Shown here one piece after another: positions 9,406 through 18,995 of a stretch of DNA of 37,403 nucleotides. Origin of the DNA: Thermoplasmata archaeon (GTDB lineage Archaea; Thermoplasmatota; Thermoplasmata; Lutacidiplasmatales; UBA184). The notes below the pieces were generated by a model, which was not told the origin of the DNA, made no database searches, and saw nothing but the letters and a program-made list of their open reading frames with translations. The position numbers and the translations under genes were made by a program. The stretch lies in the NCBI GenBank assembly GCA_030040625.1, contig JASHTI010000076.1:1-37403 (forward strand). Reading direction: 5' to 3'. Every line of letters starts with the position of its first letter. Positions within the stretch are counted from its first letter, which is position 1.

Positions 9406-9588
9406 GTCGCACGCTCCGGAAGGAAGGCCCCGGGATCGTTGGCCCCGCAGGATTCGGGAGGGGCGCCCCCCGCGCCGGCCGCCACGATGGGTCCCGTCCT
9501 CACGCGTGTCCTTCCATTCCGCGGATGGTGCCAGGGAGCGGGTCCCGGTTCAACAACCTTCCGGCGCCGAGCGGGCCGGAGGCGGCGG

Positions 9589-9996
9589 CTATGCGCTGAG
9601 CTCGATCCAGATCCCGTTCGGGTCTCGAAGGTAGACCCAGCGGCTCCGGGGGGTGCGCACCTCGTGGGCTACAGGGGCCCCCGCGGCGGCCGCCTCCGCG
9701 ATCGCACGATCCAGGTCCGGGACCCGGAAGGCGAGGTGATCCAGCCCCTCGCCCGCCGTGAACGGCACGTCGAACCGGCTGCCCGGTTCGTAGTAGTTGA
9801 GCTCCAGCGGGTGGGACGATCCCTCGCTCACGAGGTCGACCACAACTCCGTGGCTCTCCGGTATCGTCGCGCGACCACGGACGGTCATCCCGAGGACGTT
9901 CGTGTAGAACGCGAGGGAGGCGTCGAGGTCCTTCACACGGATCCCGGTGTAGTGGAACTGGGCGTTCATCCGCCGCCGGAGGACCGTCATCGCCAT
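9589..9996 (-). CDS. VOC-family protein (glyoxalase I / lactoylglutathione lyase-like)
   Basis: FHYTGIRVKDLDASLAFYTNVLGM..., LELNYYEP, LDHLAFRVPDLD, YLRDPNGIWIELS. The true start may be the internal MNAQ. Confidence 0.85.
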   Translation of the reverse strand: MAMTVLRRRMNAQFHYTGIRVKDLDASLAFYTNVLGMTVRGRATIPESHGVVVDLVSEGSSHPLELNYYEPGSRFDVPFTAGEGLDHLAFRVPDLDRAIAEAAAAGAPVAHEVRTPRSRWVYLRDPNGIWIELSA

Positions 9997-10023
9997 AACG
10001 GTGGGTCGGCGCGCGGGGTCGGC

Positions 10024-10911
10024 CTAGACGAACAGCTCCTCGAGCGGGTTCTCCATCTCCCGGGCCTCCCGGATCTTCGCGCCGCGCTCCATCGCATCCC
10101 GGAGGAGCCCCGGCACCTCCTCCGGTCCGCTGAGCTCCCGGACGTAGTAGTCCCCCTCGCGTCGGAACCCGGGAAGCGCGACGGTCGGCTCGAGCAGCCG
10201 CAGCCCGAGCACGAAGCGGGAGGCGCGGATGTTCTCGATCCGATCGAACAGAGCGATCCGGCCCGCCTTGAGCGCGAGGACGTAGCGGCCGATCTCGCGC
10301 GCCTCGAAGAGGTTGTGCGACGAATAGAGGACGATCCGCTCCTGGCTCAGTCGAAGGATGAGCGTCCGGATCTCGCGCGCCACCTTCGGGTCGAGGTTCG
10401 CCGTCGGCTCGTCGAGCAGGTAGATCGAGCGCTCCCGCAGGAAGAGCCGGGCGATGGAGGCCCGCTTGCGCTGGCCCGCGCTCAGCTGGGAGGGGAACTG
10501 GTCGCTGAACGAGCGGATCTCCAGCTGGTCGAGCACCCGCTCGACATCGGCGGGGCCGGCCCGTTCGACACGTGCGTAGAACTCGAGCGCCTCCCGGACC
10601 CGCAGCCCGTCCGGCAGTCCGTCGACGTGCGAGAGGTAATGGAGGCGATCCCGGGCCGACGCACGGTCGATCGGTTCGCCCCCGATGCGCACCTCCCCGG
10701 CCTGCGGCTGCAGGATCCCCGCGAGCGTCCGGAAGAGCGTCGTCTTGCCCGCGCCGTTCGGACCGAGGACGACGTAGACCGCCGGCTCGGTGATGCGGAA
10801 CGAGATCTCGCGCAGGACCTGCGAGCCGAGGTAGCCGGCGGTGACGTCACGGCAGGCCAGCTCGGCCGCGGCGGTCGGGCCACCGAGGGGTTCGGAGTTC
10901 GGGTCCGTCAC
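10024..10911 (-). CDS. ABC transporter ATP-binding protein
   Basis: Walker A GPNGAGKTT, signature LSAGQRKRASIA, Walker B IYLLDEPTANLD. I trimmed the 545-aa ORF to the in-frame GTG at 10911, which lies 8 nt after the permease stop. Confidence 0.85.
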   Translation of the reverse strand: MTDPNSEPLGGPTAAAELACRDVTAGYLGSQVLREISFRITEPAVYVVLGPNGAGKTTLFRTLAGILQPQAGEVRIGGEPIDRASARDRLHYLSHVDGLPDGLRVREALEFYARVERAGPADVERVLDQLEIRSFSDQFPSQLSAGQRKRASIARLFLRERSIYLLDEPTANLDPKVAREIRTLILRLSQERIVLYSSHNLFEAREIGRYVLALKAGRIALFDRIENIRASRFVLGLRLLEPTVALPGFRREGDYYVRELSGPEEVPGLLRDAMERGAKIREAREMENPLEELFV

Positions 10912-10919
10912 GTTCTGCC

Positions 10920-11645
10920 TCAGGCGGGAGAGAGCAGGCGCTCTCGTCGGAGGAGTCGGCCGCTGAGCGCCAGCAAGGTGGCGTCGACCAGTGCGACGGC
11001 CGCGCAGGCGCACACCAGGACGAGGGCCAGGGTGGTCGGTCCCGCGTCCCCCCGGGCGGCGACCACGCCGACCAGGCCGAGGGTCGCCATCGCGGGCAGG
11101 ATCCCGAGCAGCGGGACAAGACCGATGGGGCTGCTCATCCCCTGACGGGGCGACGAGAGGGCGGTCCAGTACATGCCTAGGATCGCCGCGAACCCCGAGC
11201 AGGCGTAGGCCATCGGGACGCCGTAGCCGAACATGGCGACGAGGAGCGGCGCGGTGACCGGCCCACCCGAGAGGGTGTAGAGGGCGGCGCTGGCGCCCAC
11301 GGAGACCGTCAGAACGATCGACACCAGGGCGAGCCCCGTGAGAAGTACGTTCGTGAAGAGCCGCTGCGGGGAGAGGCCGTAGGCGAGCAGGTACTCGAGC
11401 ACCCCCTTCGTCCGATCGTTCGTGAAGACGAGGAGGCCCCCCATCGAACCGACGGTCCCGAAGATCGGGAGCAGGAGCGGGAAGGTCGTCCCGTACGTGG
11501 TGCGCGAGGTGACCACGAGCACGAGGCCCAGGAAGGTCGCGACGCCCGTCCCGTAGACGAGGAAGAATCGTCCGCTCACCGAGGCCCTTCGCAGCGTGAC
11601 CGGAAGCAGGGAGACCGGCGGCTCGGACGGAGATGCGGTGGCCAT
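10920..11645 (-). CDS. ABC-2-type transporter permease
   Basis: ATG at 11645. 241 aa with about 6 hydrophobic helices. It lies immediately upstream of, and co-oriented with, the ABC ATPase. Confidence 0.75.
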   Translation of the reverse strand: MATASPSEPPVSLLPVTLRRASVSGRFFLVYGTGVATFLGLVLVVTSRTTYGTTFPLLLPIFGTVGSMGGLLVFTNDRTKGVLEYLLAYGLSPQRLFTNVLLTGLALVSIVLTVSVGASAALYTLSGGPVTAPLLVAMFGYGVPMAYACSGFAAILGMYWTALSSPRQGMSSPIGLVPLLGILPAMATLGLVGVVAARGDAGPTTLALVLVCACAAVALVDATLLALSGRLLRRERLLSPA

Positions 11646-11726
11646 CCCGCGCGACGACCATCTCCCGCGGCGATAAGCGGTGCGGAGGGAGCCGGCGCTA
11701 GGTGAGGGACCCGGGCCGAGGTCGGC

Positions 11727-12731
11727 TCAGCTGGTGTCCGACGTCCGCTTGAGCACGGTCAGCGCCCGGAGGGTGAGCCAGCGGCTCGGGGCTCCGGCCC
11801 GCTCGATGACGAGCGGCCGAACCTTGCTCATGTCCGAGTAGATGCGCAAGCCGGGCCCGAGGTCGGGCGGGACCTTGTCGATGGCCCAGCTCCCATCGGG
11901 CCGACGCTTCGCGCGGAGCAGCGCGAGGGCCGGGCGCAGCCGCCGATCCGCCGCGAATCCAAGGTCCGTGAGGACGTCAAGGCCGACGAGGATGTCGTAG
12001 AAGTAGTGATTCGGATAGTGCAAGCGGAACCACGGCGGATACCGGCGGCCTTCCTCGAAGAGCTTGCGTTCCAGGTAGAACTCGGCCCCCCGCGCGATCG
12101 CCTTCTCCATCCGGGGAGATCGCTTCGGCGGCGGGACCGCGGCGAACGCGGCGAGCGGCTCCCAGGCGTCGAGAGTGCCGGGCGTCCCCTGCGAGCAGTT
12201 CCATCCGCCGTCCTCCCGCTGGTCTTCGAGGATCCAGTCGAAGAGCCTCTGCACCCGGGGATCGTCGCCGTAGCCGAAGCGCGTGAGCATCCGCGCGGTG
12301 TTCGCCGCGATGCAGGTCTCCTCGTGAAAGAAGTTGTACGGAGAGCTCAGCCGGAGCTTCTGCTCGAAGAAGACCTCGGCGATCCGCCGGATCCGCGCGT
12401 CGGACGCGTCGAGCCCGAGGTCGCTGAGGACGAGCGCCCGCCAATTCGTGGTCTGGTACGGCGGGAAGTAGAGGAAGTCCACCCACTCGCGTAGGTTCCG
12501 GGGCGCCCGGCGCTCCCAGTACCCCCGGGGCCCGAGCTGCTCCAGCTGCTCGGCGGCCCACCCGACGCGCGCGATGCGGCCCCGGGCCCGGCGAACCTCC
12601 GGATCATCGACCGGCCGGTCGCGGAGCTCCCGCAGCGCCCGGTACCGCACCGCCGGTTGGCACTCTTCCAGGAGCCAGCGTAGGGTCCGCTCGTCCCGGT
12701 CCGCGTCGGTCGCGGGAGGACGGTCCGTCAT
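11727..12731 (-). CDS. Alpha/alpha-toroid protein (prenyltransferase / squalene-cyclase repeat-like), hypothetical
   Basis: Repeated aromatic-rich helices with EDQREDGGWNC and RRPDGSWAI, which are QxxDG(G/S)W-like repeats as in terpenoid cyclase/prenyltransferase folds. The function is not assignable. Confidence 0.6.
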   Translation of the reverse strand: MTDRPPATDADRDERTLRWLLEECQPAVRYRALRELRDRPVDDPEVRRARGRIARVGWAAEQLEQLGPRGYWERRAPRNLREWVDFLYFPPYQTTNWRALVLSDLGLDASDARIRRIAEVFFEQKLRLSSPYNFFHEETCIAANTARMLTRFGYGDDPRVQRLFDWILEDQREDGGWNCSQGTPGTLDAWEPLAAFAAVPPPKRSPRMEKAIARGAEFYLERKLFEEGRRYPPWFRLHYPNHYFYDILVGLDVLTDLGFAADRRLRPALALLRAKRRPDGSWAIDKVPPDLGPGLRIYSDMSKVRPLVIERAGAPSRWLTLRALTVLKRTSDTS

Positions 12732-12748
12732 GGTTGGTGGGCGTCGGC

Positions 12749-13138
12749 CTAGCGTTGGACGTGCCGCAGCACGAACTCGTTGCCGTCCGGGTCCGCGAAG
12801 ACCCCGAGGGTCACGGTTCCCATCACGGCGGGAAAGCTCCGCGTCTCCGCAACGATCGTACCGCCGCGCCGCCGGATCTCCTCGAGCGCAGCGGCCGGAT
12901 CCGGATGGGAGAAGATGACGCCCGAAACGGTGCCGGGCTCGCGTCCTCCCTCGCCCTCGCGCTGGAGATGCATCGTGAGCTGCACGGAGGTGCCCGGGAG
13001 GGCGAACGCCGCACGCGACGCCTCGGGATGATAGCTGATCTCCTTCAGCCCGAGGACCTCGGCGTAGAACTTCCGCGCCTTCTCGATGTCGCGTATGTGG
13101 ACCGTGACCGCCTCCAACCCCTCGATGACCCGCTCCAT
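12749..13138 (-). CDS. VOC-family (glyoxalase/bleomycin-resistance/dioxygenase) protein
   Basis: VTVHIRDIEKARKFYAEVLGLKE ... GVFADPDGNEFVL. Confidence 0.8.
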   Translation of the reverse strand: MERVIEGLEAVTVHIRDIEKARKFYAEVLGLKEISYHPEASRAAFALPGTSVQLTMHLQREGEGGREPGTVSGVIFSHPDPAAALEEIRRRGGTIVAETRSFPAVMGTVTLGVFADPDGNEFVLRHVQR

Positions 13139-13222
13139 CCTCCCACCCGGTCGGCTTCCAGGGGCCGGCGGTTCGTAACGCTTGCCGGCGCGCCCCGGAG
13201 CGGTCGCGCCTGCTGGGTGCCG

Positions 13223-13528
13223 TCAGGAGCCCGCCGTGTAGCGTGCCCGCGCGAGTTCCACGCGGTCGCGCCGGAGCGGAACGCCCTCACTCCGGAGGAG
13301 CTCCAGCTGACGCTCCCCCATCGCCGGCCGGCCGTCGGAACGGACGACCCGGTGCCACGGGAGCTCCTCCTGGGTCGTCGCCAGCACGTAGCCGACCCGT
13401 CGCGGGGCGACCCGGTCGATGTCGGCATACGTCGAGACCGAGCCGCGGGGAATCTCGCGGACCCGTTCGACGACCATTGCCTCGAACTCCGCGTGCGATC
13501 GGACTCGCCGTCGGCCCCGGGCGGTCAT
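13223..13528 (-). CDS. Alkyltransferase-like (ATL) protein: MGMT DNA-binding domain with Trp in place of the acceptor Cys
   Basis: 101 aa. IPRGSVSTYADI ... LPWHRVVRSDG. Active O6-alkylguanine transferases carry PCHRV; here the codon at 13355..13357 is TGG (Trp). Confidence 0.8.
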   Translation of the reverse strand: MTARGRRRVRSHAEFEAMVVERVREIPRGSVSTYADIDRVAPRRVGYVLATTQEELPWHRVVRSDGRPAMGERQLELLRSEGVPLRRDRVELARARYTAGS

Positions 13529-13678
13529 CGCAGGGGTCTGCGATGTCGCCCTGCTCCTTCAGCGTAGCGTGTCGCGAGCCGGCCGGCACGCCGGGCTTCC
13601 GAGCGTCGATCCCGAGGCCCCCTGCGAACCGGTCCGGCCGTGAAGAAGGGCTAATGAGCCGCGAGGCGAGGCAGGGTC

Positions 13679-13870
13679 GTGCCTGGAACGGCAGCGGAGC
13701 CGGAGTCACCCCGGGGTGGATCGGCCAGCGAGGCCGCTCTCCGCGACCTGGCCGAGCAGCTCGAGCGCGCCCAGGACGCCATTGAGTCGCTCGTCAATCG
13801 GACCAACACCCTGGTCCACCTCCTCGATATCCTCAACAAGCGGGTCGATCGCCTCGAGTCGCAGAAGTGA
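13679..13870 (+). CDS. Small (63 aa) coiled-coil protein, hypothetical
   Basis: GTG start, and the start is uncertain. Strong GC3 bias from ALRDLAEQLERAQDAIESLVNRTNTLVHLLDILNKRVDRLESQK. No recognisable family. Confidence 0.45.
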   Translation: MPGTAAEPESPRGGSASEAALRDLAEQLERAQDAIESLVNRTNTLVHLLDILNKRVDRLESQK

Positions 13871-14048
13871 GCCCACCTGATCGCGGGCCTCGCGGCCCAC
13901 GGACGGGAGCCAGCACCCTCACTCGTTCCGGCGCCTGCCGGCCCGAACAGTGGGGTTGCGCGGAGCGCCGGGTGGGTACGACCGCCCCAGAGCCGAAGCC
14001 TTCGACGTGGGGCGCGGCCTGGCCGTTGGGGAATAATCTCGCCGAGGG

Positions 14049-14054
14049 TTTATC
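14049..14054 (+). promoter_or_regulatory. TATA-like box (tttatc) 25-30 nt upstream of the YVTN gene ATG
   Basis: Read directly. The spacing fits an archaeal promoter driving a leaderless or near-leaderless mRNA. Weak evidence on its own. Confidence 0.35.
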
Positions 14055-14078
14055 CCGCGGCGGACCGAGAGCCCCCCG

Positions 14079-15824
14079 ATGGCGGCGGATGTCCGTGCGG
14101 ATCGGCGCTGGGGCCTGAGCGGCGCGGGTCGGGTGAGGGGATCGGCTCACCTCGGGATCGGCGCCGTCCTCCTGCTCGTCTCGCTGCTCGGCGCCGGCGT
14201 TCTCGCCGGGGTGGTCGGGGCGAACGCACCCCCGCCGCGGGCCCAATCCGTCGGCCCGATCTCGGAGCCCGCCGATCGCACGGTGGCGGGCTCGGGGGCC
14301 GCCGGCCTCACGCTTTCGATCATCGGGAACCTCGCGGTCGGCAGCGGGCTCCCGCCGCCGGTCTACGACCCCGTGAACGGCTACGTCTACGCTGCGGGAG
14401 TCCGGCCCGGCGGTGACACCGGGGGCGGGCCCCCGTCGGACGGCCTCGTCACCGTGGTTTCCGGCCTTGCGTCGGTCGCCCGCCTCCCGGTCGGCGGGGT
14501 GCCGACGCAGCTCGCCCTCGACACTCAGAACGGCTACCTCTATGTGGCCGGTAACGGGACCGCCAACGACACCCCGATCACCGTGATCAGCGGGACCTCG
14601 ATCCTGGCGGCGATCCCGGACACCCCGTGTGCGGTCGGGGCCGCTTACGATCCCGCCGACGGCTTCGTGTACGTCGCCTCGTGCCGGGGCAACGTCACCG
14701 TGGTCAACGGCACGGCCGTCGCCGGCGCCATCGCACTGCCCGTGGGCAGCTGCCCGAACGGAGTAGGGTATGATCCGGAGCTTGGCGACGCCTACGTCTC
14801 CGACGCTTGTCGAAACGTTCTCGACCTCCTGAACGGCACCGCGGCCGATGGCGACATCGGCGTCGCGGGAGGCCCTTTCCCCGGCGCGTTCGATCCGTCG
14901 AACGGCCTGCTGTACATCCCCTGTGAGGATTCCCCGGGCGTCGTCTCGGTGGTCGAGGGCACGAGCACGATCGCGACGGTCACGGTCGGCATCAACCCGA
15001 TCTCGGCGACCTACGACAGTGCCAACGGCCTGATCTACGTCCCGAATCAGGGGATAGGAGACGCCGGAGGGGTCGCCAACCTCACCCTGATCAACGGGAC
15101 GACCCGGGCGGCCATCGTCTACGCCGGGCCGTATCCATCGTCCAACGTCGCGGTCTCGGTCCAGTACGCGAACGGCTCGGGTTACGTATTCCCGACCGAT
15201 GGTGGTCCGCTGGTGGCGATCGCCGGCAAGTCGGTCGCCGCCACCCTCCCGATCCCCGGCGGTGCCGTGGGCCTCGCCTTCGACCCCGAGGACCAGTACC
15301 TCTACATCACATCGTACCCGAACGCCGGCGCCGACACGACGAACCTCAGCATCGTCGCCTGCACGTCCTGCCTGGCGGTGACGATCGCGGAGGTCGGAAG
15401 CCCGGACGGTGCCTCCTGGGGCCTCACCGCCTCGGAGCCGAGCACCTGGTTCGCCGAGCAGGCCACCGCGGCGGCCCCGGCGACCATCACGTTGCATCTC
15501 GTCGCGGGTACGTACGCCCTGGGGCTGATCGCCGCTCCCGGAACCTCGATCCGGGTCCTCGCCGGGGAGGCGGACCTCCTGGACGCCGGCGGCAGGATCC
15601 AGGTCGGGCCCGCGACCCCCCCGAGCGGGGGCCGCGCCGCCCCGTTAGGGCTCGACGCGCTCCGCGGATGGGTCCTGGCCGCTGGGTCGGCCGCCCTCGC
15701 GAGCGGAGCGGTCGTAGCGCTGGTCGCGATGCGCCGTCGGAACCGAGACGCCGCGGAGCTGATCGAGGGCATGAACCGGGCGATCGCCGACGACCCGGCC
15801 GCCGCCGGACGTCTGCTCCGATGA
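14079..15824 (+). CDS. YVTN-family beta-propeller repeat surface protein with a C-terminal TM anchor
   Basis: N-terminal hydrophobic segment. About 8 repeats of about 40 aa carrying NGYVYAAG, NGYLYVAG, DGFVYVAS, GDAYVSD, NGLLYIPC, NGLIYVPN, GSGYVFPTD and DQYLYITS. Many NGT/NxT sequons. C-terminal helix WVLAAGSAALASGAVVALVAM followed by RRRNR. Confidence 0.85.
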   Translation: MAADVRADRRWGLSGAGRVRGSAHLGIGAVLLLVSLLGAGVLAGVVGANAPPPRAQSVGPISEPADRTVAGSGAAGLTLSIIGNLAVGSGLPPPVYDPVNGYVYAAGVRPGGDTGGGPPSDGLVTVVSGLASVARLPVGGVPTQLALDTQNGYLYVAGNGTANDTPITVISGTSILAAIPDTPCAVGAAYDPADGFVYVASCRGNVTVVNGTAVAGAIALPVGSCPNGVGYDPELGDAYVSDACRNVLDLLNGTAADGDIGVAGGPFPGAFDPSNGLLYIPCEDSPGVVSVVEGTSTIATVTVGINPISATYDSANGLIYVPNQGIGDAGGVANLTLINGTTRAAIVYAGPYPSSNVAVSVQYANGSGYVFPTDGGPLVAIAGKSVAATLPIPGGAVGLAFDPEDQYLYITSYPNAGADTTNLSIVACTSCLAVTIAEVGSPDGASWGLTASEPSTWFAEQATAAAPATITLHLVAGTYALGLIAAPGTSIRVLAGEADLLDAGGRIQVGPATPPSGGRAAPLGLDALRGWVLAAGSAALASGAVVALVAMRRRNRDAAELIEGMNRAIADDPAAAGRLLR

Positions 15825-15981
15825 GCCGGTCGGATCCGGGAACCGGGGGAACCGGCGTCCGCGCACCGGTCACTCGGCTTCGATCGCCCCTCGGCGCAGG
15901 TCGTACCGGCCCGGCGAAGAGCGAGGACGGCGGCCGACGGGCCGCGCAAGCTAGCAGGCTGCACCCTCACCAGGGGTCCGG

Positions 15982-16395
15982 GTGACGGCTCCTCCGACCC
16001 CACCCGCCGAGGCGGTCGATGGGTTGGCAGCGGAACTCGCGCGCCCGGCGGTCGGCGGCACGAATCGCGACGTGGCCGCGGCTTCGTCGACCCCGCCCCA
16101 CGTTCAGCTGGCCCTGCGCCTCATGGCCCGCCTGGCGAGTGTGGGCCCGCCCCTGGAGAGCGGCCTCGGGCGCGACGGGGCGACCCAGCGGGGACTCGCC
16201 CACGCCCTCGGCGCGAGTCAGGGGGCGGTCTCCAAGGTCCTCCGCCAGTTGACCAGGCTCGCGTTGGTGCGAAGCGAGAGGCAGCACGTCCCGGGACGGC
16301 TCCTCCGGGTAACGGTGTACTCGCTGACACGCCGTGGGGAACTGTGGGTCCAGGCCGCCCGAGAGAAGGCGACCTCCGCGAGCACCCGACGCTAG
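15982..16395 (+). CDS. Winged-helix (MarR/TrmB-like) transcriptional regulator
   Basis: TQRGLAHALGASQGAVSKVLRQLTRLALVRSERQH...RVTVYSLTRRG has helix-turn-helix plus wing spacing. GTG start; the true start may be the internal MARL. Confidence 0.6.
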   Translation: MTAPPTPPAEAVDGLAAELARPAVGGTNRDVAAASSTPPHVQLALRLMARLASVGPPLESGLGRDGATQRGLAHALGASQGAVSKVLRQLTRLALVRSERQHVPGRLLRVTVYSLTRRGELWVQAAREKATSASTRR

Positions 16396-16471
16396 ACGGG
16401 CGTCTCGGACGATCTCACGGCCCGCACCGCTAAGCCCATGAGCGCCCGGGACGCCTCTCGCGGGCGCCGGC

Positions 16472-18262
16472 ATGGAGCGTTCGCAGGGACCCAACGGAGG
16501 GCCGAGCGCCGCGGAGTGGGGGACCCCCGCCGAGGTGAGCGCCTACCGGGAGACTCCGGACTACCGCGGCACGCTGGCGTTCCTCGAGCGCCTCGCCGGC
16601 GCGCGGCCCGGGATGCTCCGCCTCGAGAGCTTCGGTCGGAGCGGCGAGGGGCGGGAGCTCACGCTCGCGATCGTCTCCCGCGATGGGGTCTTTGAACCGG
16701 AGGCGGTCCGCGCTTCCGGCCGTGCCGTCCTGCTGGTCCAGAACTGCATCCACGCCGGTGAGACGGACGGGAAGGACGCCTCGCTGGCGCTGCTCCGGGA
16801 CCTCGTCGTGGGGCCGAAGGGTCCGGGCTTGCTGGAACACGTGGTCCTCCTCTGCGTGCCCGTCTACAACGTCGACGGCCACGAGCGGCGGGGTGCCCAC
16901 CAGCGCATCAACCAGAACGGGCCGGAGATCGTCGGATGGCGGGCCAACGGGACGAACCTCAACCTGAACCGCGACTACCAGAAGGCCGAGGCGCCCGAGA
17001 CCCGGGCCTTCCTGCGGATGTTCCACCGCTGGCTCCCGGACTTCTTCGTTGACAACCACGTCACCGACGGGAGCGATTTCCAGTACGACGTGACGTTCGC
17101 GCTCGACAGCGGCCCGGACGTCCATCCCCCGGTCGGCGCCTGGCTCCGGGAGTCGGTCGCCCCCGGGATCGTGGCGCACGTCGCTGCCGGTGGCCATCTC
17201 GCCTTCCCCGGGCAGGTCTTCCTCCGGGACGAGAGCGACCCGGCGCAGGGACTCCTCGCCTACGAGAACCCACCGCGCTTCTCGACCGGCCAGATGGTCG
17301 TGGAGAACCGGCCGGGCCTGCTGGTGGAGATGCACATGCTCAAGGATTATCGAACGCGCGTCACCGGCAACTACCTGGTCCTCGAGTCCGTGCTGCAACG
17401 GCTGAACCAGGATGCGGAGACCCTGCGGCGGCTCAACCAGGAGGCGGACCTCGCGGCCGCCCGACTCGGCGGCGAACCCACGCCGTTTCCCCTGGTCGTG
17501 ACGGACACCGGCGAGACCCGCCCCGTGGAGTTCCGGGGCCGGCGCTACACCCGTTTCCCGAGCGAGATATCCGGAACTACGGCGATCCGCTACGGGCCGG
17601 AGCCCTGGGACACCACGCTGCCGATGGGAGTGTCCGGTGCGATCGCCTTGACGGTCCGGCCCCCCCTCGGCTACATCCTACCCCCGGCCTGGAGCCGCGT
17701 CATCGAGGTCCTCGAGGCGCACGGAGTGACGCTCCGGCGAACGCGGGCCGAGTGGACCGGGCCGGTCGAGCGGTACCGACTCGCCGGACTGGAGCGGCCG
17801 AGGCAGCCGTTCGAGGGGCGGTACCCGATCCTCCGCGCGAGCCCCGTGGAGCCGGCGTTCGGACGGTTCGGTAGCTGCGTGGCGGTCTCCGAGACCGCCA
17901 CGTATGCGGCCGGCGCCGTCGTCGTCGGCCTCGACCAGCGGCTCGCCCGGTTCGTCGTCCACTGGCTGGAGCCGGAGGCGCCCGACTCGGCGCTGCGGTG
18001 GGGGTTCTTCGACCCGATCTTCGAACGGAAGGAGTCGGCCGAGCCGTACGTCCTCGAGGCCCAGGCCGCTGACGCGATGGGCCGAGACCCCCAACTTCGG
18101 CGCGAGTTCGAGGAACGGATCCGGTCCGAACCGGGGTTCGCTTCGAGCCCGACCGCCCGTCTCGACTTCTTCTTCGACCGCTCGGAGTGGGGCCGGGCGA
18201 ACCGGGTCGGTGAGTATCCGGTCGGCCGGCTCCGGACCTTGGACGGGATCCCTCTCGCCTAG
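16472..18262 (+). CDS. M14-family zinc metallocarboxypeptidase
   Basis: HxxE zinc motif in VQNCIHAGETDGKDA. Also PVYNVDGHERR, NLNRDY and FFVDNHVTDG (third ligand region). 596 aa. Confidence 0.8.
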   Translation: MERSQGPNGGPSAAEWGTPAEVSAYRETPDYRGTLAFLERLAGARPGMLRLESFGRSGEGRELTLAIVSRDGVFEPEAVRASGRAVLLVQNCIHAGETDGKDASLALLRDLVVGPKGPGLLEHVVLLCVPVYNVDGHERRGAHQRINQNGPEIVGWRANGTNLNLNRDYQKAEAPETRAFLRMFHRWLPDFFVDNHVTDGSDFQYDVTFALDSGPDVHPPVGAWLRESVAPGIVAHVAAGGHLAFPGQVFLRDESDPAQGLLAYENPPRFSTGQMVVENRPGLLVEMHMLKDYRTRVTGNYLVLESVLQRLNQDAETLRRLNQEADLAAARLGGEPTPFPLVVTDTGETRPVEFRGRRYTRFPSEISGTTAIRYGPEPWDTTLPMGVSGAIALTVRPPLGYILPPAWSRVIEVLEAHGVTLRRTRAEWTGPVERYRLAGLERPRQPFEGRYPILRASPVEPAFGRFGSCVAVSETATYAAGAVVVGLDQRLARFVVHWLEPEAPDSALRWGFFDPIFERKESAEPYVLEAQAADAMGRDPQLRREFEERIRSEPGFASSPTARLDFFFDRSEWGRANRVGEYPVGRLRTLDGIPLA

Positions 18263-18321
18263 GAGCGCGGCGGGCGCCCGCCGACGCCGGAGCACCGGCG
18301 ATGCCTCGCAGCGTCGGCCGC

Positions 18322-18834
18322 TCAGAGCACCGTGACCGAATAGGTCCCCGAGACCGAGACGTTCGCGGGGGCGTAGACCGCCCAGGTGATGAACTGGTAC
18401 CAGCCGTCGCCGCCGGACTCGAAGGAGAACGTTCCCGAACTGGAGGTCGTCTGGCTGTAGCAGCAGGTGGTCGCGTTCCCGTGGACCTGGAAGAGCACCT
18501 GGACCGCTCCGGAGGAGGTCCAACTGCCCCGTACCTCGGCGTCGTGGGGGAACTGCAGGGAGCGCCCCTCTTGGCCGTCCGTCCCCGCGGCCAGGTGCGC
18601 CGAGAACGGGTGGGAGACCAGTGGGACGAAGGCGAGCACCGCGACGGCGACGCTCGCCGCGATCCCGACGACGAGGGCGACGGCGGCGAGCCGGTCCCAT
18701 CGGAACGCGGCGTGAAGCGGCCCGCCGCACCGGCCGCAGACCCGATCGGGCGGAGGCGTCAGCTCTCCGCAGCGCCGACAGATGCGCGCCACCACGGCTC
18801 CCCCTGTCCGCCCGGGCACCGTCTCCGGGCTCAT
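18322..18834 (-). CDS. Zinc-ribbon / single-TM / extracytoplasmic beta-rich domain protein, hypothetical
   Basis: Trimmed to ATG 18834 (MSPETVPG). Zinc ribbon CRRCGELTPPPDRVCGRCGG. TM helix LAAVALVVGIAASVAVAVLAFV. The C-terminal domain is S/T-rich with NAT and NVS sequons. Confidence 0.6.
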   Translation of the reverse strand: MSPETVPGRTGGAVVARICRRCGELTPPPDRVCGRCGGPLHAAFRWDRLAAVALVVGIAASVAVAVLAFVPLVSHPFSAHLAAGTDGQEGRSLQFPHDAEVRGSWTSSGAVQVLFQVHGNATTCCYSQTTSSSGTFSFESGGDGWYQFITWAVYAPANVSVSGTYSVTVL

Positions 18835-18995
18835 CAAGCTGACAGCGTATCGCGAGGTCCCGCGGTCGGGCACGCCGCACGAAGGGGGGACGTCGCGCCC
18901 GGCTCGGCGCCGGCCCACGCACCGTCGCCTCTCTTCGATGGGTGCCGGGCCGCCTTTATCTTGAGGCCGGGGTGGAGACCGAGGGGCGTCCTTCC

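Noticed and set aside
10024-11661. The 545-aa ORF that would fuse the ABC ATPase to about 250 extra N-terminal residues.
   Set aside because: The extension overlaps the ABC-2 permease (10920..11645) in another frame and is Arg/Pro-rich. The ATPase domain begins just after an in-frame GTG at 10911, 8 nt past the permease stop.
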